A stretch of DNA of 58,985 nucleotides, counting the filler, from Catajapyx aquilonaris (lineage: Eukaryota): assembly GCA_000934665.2 (NCBI GenBank). It is 2 parts of 2 records of this genome, joined end to end, with 100 filler letters (N's around TTAATTAATTAA, not from the genome) between each part and the next. Parts side by side here need not be neighbours in the genome. Positions count along the whole stretch, not along the records: positions 29,574 to 58,985 come from JYFJ02004799.1; 1 more part is not named here. One strand, written 5' to 3'. Below are positions 38,893-51,113 of the stretch, piece by piece. The translations under genes and the position numbers were made by a program. The notes below the pieces were generated by a model that was not told the origin of the DNA, ran no database searches, and worked only from the letters and a program-made list of their open reading frames with translations. The number at the start of each line of letters is the position of its first letter. Position 1 is the stretch's first letter.

Positions 38893-39240
38893 GGGAAACG
38901 GAGTGGCGCCGCGGTAACGCGCGCACCGACGGAAGTTAAGGTCCCGGGTTCAATCCCCACCGGGGGTTCCCACCTTCTTTCGTGCAGAGTTGGGCCATCT
39001 CTGGCTTCGTTTCGGGTGGCAATTTCCGATAGACTAAGCCACCCGGGGGAGTTCACAAAATGACGATTAGAGACATTGCACTTGCACTTTGCACATCCCC
39101 TCCCACCCACCCTTGGAGTACACTAATTAAGATCTTCTTAAACTCGCTCCAAAAATCAAATTCCAATGGTGGTAACCCACCCCCCCCGTAAGGAGTAGCA
39201 TAACTCCCCCCGTGGGGCAATGAAAAAAACAAAAACAAAA
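38893..39240 (+). mobile_element. tRNA-derived SINE, family 1, poly(A) tail type
   Basis: A box TGGCGCCGCGG, B box GGTTCAATCCC, A-rich tail. TSD TGTGTCTTTTGC at 38881 and 39244. Confidence 0.9.
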
Positions 39241-39420
39241 ACGTGTGTCTTTTGCACTTGAACTGTTGCATGCAGAAGAGTAGATGGATAAATGTAATAC
39301 TTACAAGTTAGACAGCCTGTATTTGCAGCTGTCCTTCTTCACGGGCCCTGCATGCATTTTTAGTACTTGAATTTAAATGTGGGCGTAATTCGACGGCCAT
39401 TGTTACGGACATGACGTAAT

Positions 39421-39780
39421 CCGGGAGCATAATTATATTACATAAGAGGCGCACACATTCGATTTCCGCGTCTCTCTGTTTGGAGCGTTGCCAAGGCTGG
39501 GGGCCATTTTGAAGTGTGGCGGGCCATGCCAACGAGGTATAAATAGGGTACAGGCAAAAATAGGGTCCGCCATCTTTGATTCGCGCGTGTTCTTGCCGTG
39601 TAGTTGCCATGGCCGCCAAAACCATCAAAGATGGTGGACCCTGTTTTTGCCTGTACCCTATTTATACCTCGTTGGCGTTTCCCACACTTCAAAATGGCCC
39701 CCCAGCCTTGGCAACGGCCCCAAACAGAGAGACGCGAACATCAAAGAAGTTTGCGCCTCTTATGTAGTATATGCTCCCCG
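39421..39780. mobile_element. Second copy of the foldback MITE
   Basis: CCGGGAGCATA ... TATGCTCCCCG, homologous to 37532-37896. TSD ACGTAAT at 39414 and 39781. Confidence 0.9.
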
Positions 39781-40639
39781 ACGTAATTATAATTTCCGTG
39801 AATTAGCAGTCGCAATTTGTAAATACCAGCGCGGTTTTTAAGCAGTGCCGCGTTTGAACACTGCCTCTGTGACGTCACGCAAGTTTCTGCGCCACTTTCT
39901 TACTGCAGACGTCGTCCATTGGATTGATGTATGGACGCGCCCAACTGCGATGTAACATTTCGGCCTAGTTTTAACGAGTTCGTGTATTTTCCTCCGGGTT
40001 TTAATTACTAATTAGCGTCCCTTGAATTAACTGACGTGCTAAGAGATTGGTGGGAATCAATTAGCGGGGCCCTATTGACGTCCGGATTTGGCTTCGACCT
40101 TGCTGCCAGCTGGTGTCGTTCCGGGCCAACCAGGCTCAGATCCAGAGTGGGGATGGAACGGGAAGGGTCGAGGAGGTGTCCAGTAGTGCCCTTCTGGAGA
40201 GGAGGACCAGGGGCAGCAACCACGGGGCGCCGCCGATAAAGAGGAGGAGGGCCAGGTGTGGTGCCGAGTGAAGCCGAAGCAGCCATCGTGGCATAAGAGA
40301 TGGTGAGCCTGACTGGCAGGATGGGGCAGTCGGACGGTGAGTGGCCACCTGTCAGAACGTGGCTCCCTTTTTTTTTCCATTTATATATAGTTGGGGGACA
40401 CTGATTAATTGGCCTGTCATTAATGGCAGGAGCAGGGCCTGCTTTGCGTGCCCTCACATTTTGGGTTGATGTACGTAGCCCGCATGACACACAATTTTGG
40501 GTGCATATGTTGGCGCACTCATCGCACTTGTGGAAGTTGTGTGTGTAACTGGCGGTAGGTGCGGTTTAATAGAGGGACATACTGGCCAGGTTATACACGA
40601 AGAATGGCAATGGGCTGATTCATTACATTAAAAATAGTA

Positions 40640-41345
40640 TTAGAAATAAATTAATCAATATAACTAAATAGAAATAAATTAACCAATAGAACTAAATAGA
40701 CATAAATTAATCAATAGAACTAAATATAAATAAATTAACCAATAGAACCAAATAGAAATAAATTAATCAATAGAACTAAATAATTAGAAATAAATGAACA
40801 AATAAGTCGATGAATTAAAGAGAAATAAAGTAAATTAAAGAGATGAATTAAAGAGAAATCAAGTGAATTAGAGATGAATTAAAAGGAAACAGATCAAGTA
40901 AATTAAAGAGATCAATTAAAGAGAAACAGATAAAGTAAATTAACGAGAAATAAATCAATTAATAAAAATGAATAGCTTAATTAATCAATATGACTAAATA
41001 AAAAGAAACGAGAAAATAAGTAATACAGTAAATGAATAACTCAATAAAAAAGAAATATACAAAAGCACAAACAAATAAAAATAAATCAATTAATAAATTA
41101 AATAAACAGCAAAGCACAAGAAAATAAGTAAATAAATAACATAAAAAGAAAGAAGTAAACAAAAATAAAATGAGAATAAATAACAGAACGAAATAAATGT
41201 GAATAAATCAATAAAAGAGGCGAATGAAATAAATGAGATTGGAAAAAATATTTATTAAGTCAATAAAATTAAAGTAGAAGGTTAATTAACTTCCACAAAA
41301 ATGTTAATTAAATTCATTAAATAAAAGCAGTAAATAAAATAACTA
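40640..41345. repeat. A-rich minisatellite (28-bp unit) grading into low-complexity sequence
   Basis: AAATAAATTAATCAATAGAACTAAATAG about 5 times, then GAATTAAAGAGA-type repeats. Confidence 0.85.
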
Positions 41346-42989
41346 GTTACAGAGAGCCTAGTGAAATATACATGTTTTGAAGCGTACCGTGAGGGAAACA
41401 CTAGTCGCAACTCATGAAAAATTATTACTGGTGGCATTATTAATCGGAGAAACTAAAAATGAAGCGGGACCAGATGTTGCCCGTTTTTAAAAACATGACC
41501 TGCACTTACATATGCACAATTACAGGTAAAAATATGGACATTGCAAAAACGTGTGTGTTCATTACCAGTATGTCTAGTTGCATTCGAGTGTTGTAATGAA
41601 CGTGTGGAGAGTATTGGACTCTACGACTGGTCATTAAAGGTTACGGCTATTCTTTCTAGGGAATAAAGGTTATTAAATTTGCTCACACTGCTGGCTGCGA
41701 ACTGTAATTAAATTTCGGGGCTGAATCAATACTCGGGTGGGTTAGCCCACGCTGAATTACTGATCGGATCCTGTCCGGATAAATTTTAATCGGTTTGTGA
41801 AACCTTGACCATGCTAATATTCTTCACATGGCATGCACAATTACAGGATGGAAGTAAATGCTTGGCACATTATTTCGGCGTGACACATTTTAAAAATTTG
41901 TTCATTACACATCCGGACATAATGTCACATTAGGATCAAATTTGTACACATGTCAATCGCAAATGAGTCGGTTGTATCTTTAAAGTGTTTCGTACGTAAG
42001 TGCCTGCAATATTAAATCGGGTTGCAAGTATTGATTTAATTAGGGACACCTATAGTAATGCACACCATATTTTGTTTAAATGTAAGTACACACAGGATGA
42101 TTGATAGGATCATATTACGATGCAACATTAGCCCTATGTTTGAATCTATGTAATACGTAACAGTATGACTTGGTGTACATTGGGTTTCAGGTAAATAGAT
42201 TTAAAGCGTAGGCAATTAAACAATTAGAAGTGTAATCTGGTTTGTAATATTTTCATGACCTGTTTTTTAGCATCTCGCACCATGCATGTTTTACTCGAGC
42301 AAAATGTATTTTACCGCATGTCCAGCGACGTAATTAGGGTCGTTAACGCCTTATTATTTTTACCAGGCTGTAACGAACCTCCAGTGTTACAATCTCTCTA
42401 ATTTGAGACTAGAATTTTCTCAGTGCGTGAACCTGGGCCGTGAGTTCGTTGCACTCTTCCCAACCATATGGAAGCGATTTGTGTCACTTTTGGGTCCATA
42501 TTTGCACAAAATGATGTACGCATATGGTTTGTGGCAATGTTCACATGCACACAATGCAAGGACATGCTGTTTGGAAATCACCTTTATTTACCACTAGTGT
42601 TTGCATATGCCGGCAAGTGTACTCGCTTGTTATTGGCCGTTACGTGTGCTAGTACTTTTTTGTGTGTATCCGACGGATATTGAACCACATTTTTCACCAG
42701 TTTAGAGGTGAGCATTGCTGAACAATTCAGTCCGACATGTTCATACATAATGCATGATGTTGAAGCCTATTTATACTACCCGGAGAGCCTATTTCGGCCA
42801 GACATATCCGCAGAAATCGATCACCAATTGGTTTTCCAGGATGCCGTTTTTTTGCTATGTAAATAATTGAAAATGTCAGAATATTTTTGGTTGATGTAAG
42901 CGATTGAAAAAAATGCAGTTGCGCGTAATTGAAGACTTAATTTCACTTGGTGCGCTTGAGTTTGCAAATGTCGATCAAGTCCTGGATAC

Positions 42990-43705
42990 TAGATTTAATC
43001 AGAATATGTGCAGTAAATTTTGCAATTTGTTAAATATTGGCCTGTTAGCAAATATATAGGTCATTGTGTAATTTTTAATTTTTTGGGGAAATTACCGCAA
43101 TTTGCTAACTGGCTCATTAAAAATTTTGCAAAATTTGCTGCACATATTTTGATAAACAAAATCTAGCCTTAAACATCATTTGCAAATTTCAGCAAATTTT
43201 CTTCTGTTTATCAGATGTGCTGTAGCTTTTGCAAATATTTAAAATCAGCAAGTTTGCCAATATCGTAATTTTTTTGTGCCAGATTTTATTAGATTTTGTG
43301 TGAGTAAATTGTGCAAAATTTGCAATCAGCTAGATATTCAATATCTTGCTAATAAATACCAAATTAAATAATTAGCAATTGATATTTATTTAATTTGGTA
43401 TACCTTAATCAAATTCGCCAGTTAGCAAATATCTTGGGAATAATATTCCCAAATTAAATTAAATTAAATGAGCCAGTTGGCAAATATCTTGGGGATTATG
43501 TAATAACCAAGATATTCGCCAACTGGCTGATTTCAAAATTTGCATAATTTCCTGCACATTTTCTGATAAACTAAACCTAGCCTTTTAAATGTGCAACGAC
43601 AAATTTAGTGACATTTAATAATGTTAAGCAAAAAAAAAAAAAATTCCCTGCGTATCAGAACGTGCTGTAAATTTTAAATAATCAGCAAGTTTGCGAATAT
43701 CCTTA
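42990..43705. repeat. Degenerate direct and inverted repeat cluster, probably a MITE or satellite relic
   Basis: Recurrent GCCAGTTAGCAAATATC, AATCAGCAAGTTTGC and TGCACAT...TGATAAAC...CTAG blocks in both orientations. Confidence 0.55.
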
Positions 43706-45027
43706 ATTAATTCTGGGCGTGTGACCTCCATCGCCTGCTAACCTGACCTCTTAATGAGCGTTATGATGACACGCTCCTGACAAAAAAATATTGGGTGAAA
43801 GGAGGGAAAAAAAAAAATTGGGAAGGGATCGATACCTTGCAAACACGTCAAGGTGCGAGCTTTTGCAGGGGACAGGAAAATCTGCCACACTTGTGCAAAC
43901 TTATCGCGAAAAAAAAAAAAATGTATGGAGGGGGACTGGGTAGAGAGGAAAGAAAATGTGGCCTGGAGTATTGATCTGCTGCCCTTGAAAACGAGGGAGG
44001 GTTGAGCTGCCTGATGATGAGGGAGACGGCGGGGGAGAATGATACACCTGTTTGCACCTGAAAGGAAAATTCGCGAAATGTTGGCCGTGCAGTGAATGAG
44101 CACTGCAATTACTACTACTACTACTACTACGCAGTTCACGTAGAGCATTTATTGCCTGGGGGGGGTCGTACGATAAGTGCCAATAAATTCAGCCCGTAAA
44201 GTGATGGTCCGACCAGAATTTAAAATTGGCAATGTATGCAATGTACGTTGGATTTGAAATGTGCAGCACATTCGCAGTAAATTTTTTTATGTTCAAGTAC
44301 ATATGTACCATCTCGGTTAAGTGACTTTCAGGTTGATGTAGCCATATAGTGATGGTCTGACCAGAATTTTAAATATGCAACACATTTGCAGTGAATTTTT
44401 AAATGTCACTAAAGTATGAGTCGTTACCGTTTGTTAAAAATTCAGGTGAAGTTACATGCCGTGTACTGAGATGATGTGTTTATTCAAGCCCGTTTAATTA
44501 GTAACGAAGCACCTGAGAGACTAGCGATATTGCGCTTCGTAAAGTGCTTTGTGCAGCTGGGTATACAGACCCCTGTAATTGCTGCGATGTCGTTTCAAAT
44601 TCCAGGTTGTTGTTTTTTTTTAAAAAAAAAACGGAGGTTCAATCTGGCGCTAAATTACATTCCTGGGTGTAATTGGCTTTTGATTTCGTAGCGGGTAATG
44701 TTTATTTAAACTTGTCCAACTATTAATCGAGTCAACTGTCCGTACCCGGTGTTTGCTACGAATGCGGTTAATAATCGTACGCATTGTGCAGTAATTTGCA
44801 ATGTAAAGCAATGTGTGTTTACGGAGAGTAATCAGCCTACCGGGATTCAAATGTGTTGATTACACTGGTTATGTAACCAAGCTGGTGTTTATCCTAACCC
44901 GATGGAGTTTGCTACTAAAATAGCCAATTAAAATGCAGTGTTTGCAAACTTGCAAAGCACTTAGCGTCAACTTGTGCGCACTTGAGAGACACCTTCTGAT
45001 TAACATTTGTATTTTTTTCCTGCGCAG

Positions 45028-48000
45028 ATAAGGAGTACAAGGAGAAGCTGATCCGCAATGTGAAACGAGAGGTAAGTTATAATCATTTGTCGCACGGAGC
45101 AACAATTGAACCTAATTAAATGCATGCGATGTCGGAGCTGGTTGAATTTTTTCTCTAAATCTGTTGTCCTTTTCAGGTGAAGCAGATTATGGAAGAAGCT
45201 GTGACTCGCAAGTTCGTTCATGAAGAAAGCAGCTGCATTACTGCATTGTGCGGTCAGTACTTATTTAATTTTGAGTTAACGGCTGTTCCAGTTTCCTCTA
45301 TCGAGTTATCATTCGGCACGAGAACTAGATGCTGCTTATCTTATTAATCCATGTCCATGTCGTGATACGAGACCATTTCATTGAAGGACCTAATTGTAAT
45401 TTATCTCCTTCGTCCCATCTTATCATTGCCGTTATCTCGCAGCATTTCGAGTACGTGCGGTCAGTTCACTTCCACCGGCGGTTGATATTGCGACAGTCGG
45501 TGGTTTTGTACTTTCATTCAAACAAATTGCGTAACGTCACTGCCAATTTCCTAGTAAGATGCGATATGTTAATTATTATTAATAGTATCGCATGCAGTTG
45601 CTGATATCGAAAACTGGCCCACCGGGAAAAACTGGTCATAAAATGAACAATGCACAATCTTCAAACTTTTAACGTCCATATGTTTCTGCAGTTCAGCTAC
45701 ATGTGCAATGACATTAAAATTCATAATTACGGCACATATTTGTGTTGGGTTTAAACTGAATGTTGATTTTCTCAGGTGCGGTTGAGGCGTGTCTTTCCGA
45801 TGGCCTGCGTCGCCGTGCTTTGGGACTGTTCAAGTCCAGCTCGACCACAGCTCTGTTGCACAAAGTGGGCAAGAATTACGAGCCCGCAGGCCGCATATCA
45901 CGTCTGGTGATGGAAGCTGAGTCGGGGGACAGGCGGTCGTCCTCATCAGGAGATAGTTCCTCCCGATTGATCAAGCCCAGTTCGCCCAACCCCCAGACCC
46001 AGCAGCACCCGCCGCCGTTGCAGAAGAAGAACTCGGGCAGTGTGATAGGACAACAGGAGGTGAAAGTGCCCAAGTATTTGTGGATCAGGCTGGCCCTGTT
46101 CGACAAGCAGCTGGCCAAGATTATCGATCATTTGGTCCAGAACGCAAGGTATGGGATTGCGTCGAATTAATGGAGGCGGAACCTTAACGGGTCGTTTATT
46201 ACAGCAAGTATTACGAGAAGGAGGCGCTAGTGTGCGACCCCGACTACGGCTCCATCTTGTCGTCGCTGTTGGTTGGCCCATGTGCACTCGACTACTCCAA
46301 AATGAAGACGCAGGACCACCTCTGGAGCGATCCGCCGGCAGACGAGTTGGTTCAGAGGCACCGGATGTCCTCTGCGCACTTCGGAGTTGTGCCGTCTGGC
46401 GGAGGAAGTTCGGCCAATGCGGGAGGCGGAGTATCTCCAAACACGCCGCCACAGCCGAGAAGGCCCGGATTGCAGGTTCGTTTCGTGTACTCACAGTCGA
46501 CGTGACCTGATCGCAACTAATGATCTGCTATTTCAGTTTCGCAAAGGAATTCCAGGGCCAAGCAGCTCGGAGGACAGCCTCCGTTCATCCTCGTTATCCT
46601 TATCTGCCAAAGACTACGTGGAAAGTCTCCACCAGAACAACCGGGCTACTCTCCTGTACGGAAAGAACAATGTTTTAGTACACCCTGTGAGTCCGCAACG
46701 TTCATGTACAGTTTGAGCTGTGATTAACGCTTGTTGCATGGTTTACAGAAGGACCTGCCGCAGCCGCTTCCTGGCTACCTTTCCCTCCATCAAATGGCAG
46801 AGAATTTGACGATCAAGTGGACCCCCAATCAGCTCATGAATGGCTGCTGCGATCCAAACGACACTCAGGATAAGAGGTAAAAGCGTCGTTAAGTGCCTCG
46901 GTTGCTGTTTTTTGACACATTTTATTTGATTAATGTTGTCGAATATTGTTTGGGGAAAATATGTATCAGTGTGAAAATTTGTGGTTGTTGCGACCTTGAA
47001 AGAGTTGAATAATTGTGAAAATGGAAAAGGTGTTCGGAGGGCTTTCCTCGGAGGGGCAGCATACCTTTGGTCTCGACCTTCTCTGCGGGCCGGACGCCAC
47101 CTTCTTTCGTCCGGCGTTACTCCGACGATGTCCAGATTCCCTCACACTAGTGAGTCACGTACTGTCAGCAATGTGACCGAAATGTGCGTCCTTTGTCCCA
47201 GGTGGAGGTGGCTTTTTATGACGGGTTCATCCTAGTTTGTGTGCTTCCAATGTACGTTCCCTGATCAGCTTGTACCTTTCAGTGTGTACTGGCAGTACGC
47301 CATGAATGTGCGGGTCGATGACGTCGTGTACGTACACTGCCATCAACAAGGTGGGTTAACTGCGGAGTATACGTTTGTGATGCTAAATGTCGTTAATCTG
47401 CAGCTGGAAGCGGCGGGACCGTAATTCTGGTGGGCCAAGATGGCGTGCAGCGACCCCCGATTCATTTCCCACGTGGCGGCCACCTACTGGCCTTCTTGAC
47501 CTGCCTTGAAAACGGGCTACTTCCCAGAGGCCAACTGGATCCACCTCTTTGGTCGCAGAGAGGGAAAGGGAAGGTGTTTCCGAAGCTACGCAGACGCGGA
47601 CATGCGCACAAGACCAGCTCCATTGTTTCGACTACTGAACCAGCAGCCATTGACTCGAATCCAACAGAGGCGGCTGCGGATCAAAACGGAGCAACCAGTG
47701 GCGAAACACAAACCGTTGAAGCGGCTGACGACGACGACGACGAGGATGAAGCCAATGATTATGTCTTCCGACTGGTCAGCAGCTCCAAACCTGCCTGCAT
47801 ATGTAAGTTCACCGGTTTGTAGCCGAAATTCAGATTCACTCTAATGCTTTTCTGCCAGCTCAAGAGATGTTGGATCCACAATGGGCCGAATCTACTTCCC
47901 TTTGGTCTCCTGGCGGATGGAGCCTCGGAAACGGTTGGCCTCTCAGCTCGTCTCCATCTCCGACTCCACCTCCAGCTCCGCCGGTTTCCCCGAGAAGCCC

Positions 48001-50171
48001 CGCACCATTTAAAAATGCACTTTCGGCCCAACCGAACCGACCTTCCCCGCTGAATTCCGTCTCTTCCACCTCTTCTTCATCCAAGGGAAGCTTAAGCGCA
48101 GGCGATTCTGTCGATGGGAATGCGACGGGATGCGCCAAGAGCCCTGCAGTTCCCGTGGCTTCCATACAGGTACTGTTCAATACTTTAAGCCGCGTTTACA
48201 TGCGACGATTTATCCGCAATGAGATCACTCGTCAAATCGCTCGCATGGAAACACGTCTTTATGATGCAAGTTTGTTGGCCTGACTTAATTTCGATTCGGA
48301 CAGGTGCTGTGTGTGACCATGAAGCGGCAGATTATATCCCGAGCCTTCTACGGCTGGCTGGCCTACTGCCGTCATCTCCGCACCGTCCGGACTCACCTGG
48401 CCGGACTGGTCCATCACACGATCGTACCTCCCGAGAAGACCTACCTGGAAGGACTGACTGAGCAAAAGTGGGCTGAACTTACTAGTGGCGTGGGCGTGTC
48501 CGACTGGGATCTGGTTTTGCGGCTGGTTTACTTCGGCGGGGTCGAACCAAAGCTGCGGAGGGACGTGTGGCCTTATCTGCTGGGTCACTGGAAGCCCACG
48601 ATGGGAGAGGAGGCTCGGAAGGAAGTGGAGCTGGAAGGGAGACGGAGCTACGAAACTACAATGTCCGAGTGGCTGGCTGTTGAGGCCATCGTGCGGCAGA
48701 GGGACAAGGAGGCAATGGCCGCTAACCTGGCCAAACTCAGCTCCGAGAGTACCAACGGAGGGGACTTGCCGAATGCGGAGGAGGACGAGGTGCATGATCA
48801 CAACCTGTCTAATGAAGTGAGGGAGGAGTTTGTTTGTTGTGTAGCGGGCAGAGCTAGAAATTAGGTCAGGTTTCACCAACATGGCCGTAGCAACCATTGT
48901 TGACAACAATCTAACCAAAAAGAATGGGCCATTATTGTATTTTAAACCATGTATCCCTCACACAGGTGTTCGAGGACAACTTGAGCATCGGTTCGTCCAA
49001 TGTTGAGATTGACGGGACGGATGAAGAAGAGGAAGCGACTAATGTTAAGAAGTCGGTGTCGCCTGATGAGGGAATACCCGAGGATCCGTTGAGCGTTAAG
49101 ACCCGCTCCGTCGGGAGCAGCTTGAGCCAAAATGGTGTTGTGGTTGTAACGAACACTTCGCAGGACAGCGGGAATCACTCGGGAGAGCCAGTTGACGAGG
49201 TGGATTCCGCCCCGCATATGAGGAAAGGGAGCAACCTGGCCGTGGATGAGATCGTAGGGGAAGTCGGAGGTGAAAGCAAGAGTCCGTGCATATCACCCGC
49301 TAGTTCACAAGGAGGAATATACTCAGTGAGTTTTAAAAATTATGTTCACGTCGCACATACTCATTGCTTTTAAAAATTGCAGACTGACCTTTTGGACACG
49401 TTTGGACTCAACTTGCACCGAATCGACAAGGATGTGCAGCGTTGCGACCGTAACTATTCGTACTTCCTGCATCCGGAGAACCTCGAGAAGCTGCGGAATG
49501 TCATGTGCACATATGTTTGGGAGCATCTCGATATTGGATACATGCAGGGTATGTGTGACTTGGTCGCCCCGTTGCTGGTGACCTTAGACGAAGAGGCCCT
49601 GACGTACGGTTGCTTCTGCAACCTGATGGAGCGAATGGGCGACAACTTCCCGAACGGCGGTGCGATGGACGCTCACTTTGCCAACATGCGTTCGCTCATC
49701 CAAATCCTCGACGCGGACGTGTTCGAACTAATGCATCAGAACGGGGACTACACGCACTTTTACTTCTGCTACAGATGGTTCCTGCTTGACTTCAAAAGGG
49801 GTGAGTTTTACTAGCGCGACTTGCGGTATGTAAATTTTAACCCGGTTTTTCATGCGCAGAGTTGGTGTACGACGATGTGTTCAGCGTATGGGAGACAATC
49901 TGGGTCGCGCAACACGTGGCGTCAAGTCACTTTGTCCTCTTCATTGCTCTGGCTTTGGTGCAGTACTACCGAGACATAATCCTCGACAACAACATGGACT
50001 TCACCGACATCATCAAGTTCTTTAATGGTAAGATCCGATCTGGAAATTGTCCTTGCGACTCTAATGTCTCGAACCATTACAGAAATGGCTGAACGACACG
50101 ATGCCGTTGCTATCCTGAAAATAGCCCGCGACCTCGTCCTCCAGTTGCAAACCCTGATCGAGAACAAGTGA
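45028..50171 (+). CDS. SGSM1/2: Small G protein signaling modulator (SGSM1/2 family; RUN + TBC Rab-GAP domains); first exon not located
   Basis: 14 phase-consistent GT-AG exons: 45028-45071, 45177-45252, 45776-46148, 46205-46475, 46537-46686, 46749-46876, 47283-47350, 47404-47802, 47859-48169, 48304-48816, 48966-49325, 49383-49800, 49860-50027, 50083-50171. Diagnostic peptides [52 protein letters not shown] (Arg finger), YMQGM (Gln finger), [13 protein letters not shown] and C-terminal LQTLIENK. Confidence 0.95.
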
Positions 50172-51113
50172 GAGTAATCATACGGCGAGACAACATCAGG
50201 GTGCTAATCAGGAAGCATGTTGCCGAGTATTTAAAAAAAAAAAAATGCGAGTTAGCACGTAGCTAAAAATGTGGGACTAAAAATCGTGACCTTATGCAAA
50301 AATATTGCAATTAAGTCATATCCTAATGCGCACCCTGATGTCGCATGGTATTATAATGAGTGTAGTGACGTAATTGTTATATGAAACATGTCCATTATTT
50401 TTTAAAAAAGAAGTGGAGTGCCACTCAAATCATATCTCAGCGACTGAAGAAAAACAACGTAAAGGTGTCTATTAAAAAAAATAATAATAATAATAATAAA
50501 AAGTCCCCTGTTTATGTTACGTACCTCAGGTAAATGAAAGGTTACCTATTTAATCCTCTCTTGTCGCGCTTTTTTCCTGCTTGGCCTTATTAAAAAGAGA
50601 GTAAATAACTGCATTGTTATGTACTGCCTTCGTACGTATGTTGTGTTCCATCTTGAAAGAAAAAAAAAATACAAGTATTTTTGATCTACATAATACACAT
50701 ATTTTCCTCCTGAATGTTTAAACAAAAAAAAATACGTTTGAATATATTTAAGTACATGTGTACTGTTTAGCATGTATTTTCATGTAGCGGAATAGTGTGT
50801 GGCTGTTGCTGCAATGAATCGCTCCAGAAAAACCTTTTTAAACAAAAACCACAAAAACAATCTAGCGAAAGGCCAGCAACCGATTCTAATCATTCCTAGT
50901 CAATTGAGAAAAAGAAGAAGAAAAAAAATGATTTATTGTGATTTTAATGACTCATCCCATATATTTTTATGTAATGGTTGTTAAAAAGTGTTACGTGTGG
51001 GGGTAAAAACAAGCATTAAAATAAATAAAAAAAATGATCGTTCCAAATTACTGGTTAAAAAAAAAAAGGTGAAGCAGCTTTTATTGCAATCGGCGTCTTC
51101 CAGCCGACAATTT

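Noticed and set aside
37267..39841. Many 60-180 aa ORFs in the track, such as WRTLFLPVPYLYLVG peptides on both strands
   Set aside because: They come from the palindromic MITE sequence and are not genes.
40008..40490. 160-aa minus-strand ORF in a GC-rich patch
   Set aside because: Non-ATG start, several frames open at once and no domain; left unassigned.
3080..45071. The 3080-3593 exon as first exon of SGSM (phase 1, G|AT gives in-frame Asp)
   Set aside because: A phase match has a 1-in-3 chance, the join would cross the artificial spacer at 29474-29573, and the composition is unlike the short SGSM N-terminus.
47040..47160. Intronic RNase P RNA (minus-strand GAAGGTCGAGAC and a GCCGGACG/CGTCCGGC hairpin)
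   Set aside because: The CR-I match is imperfect, I found no CR-V partner, and it is antisense to the host gene; an exon explains the block better.
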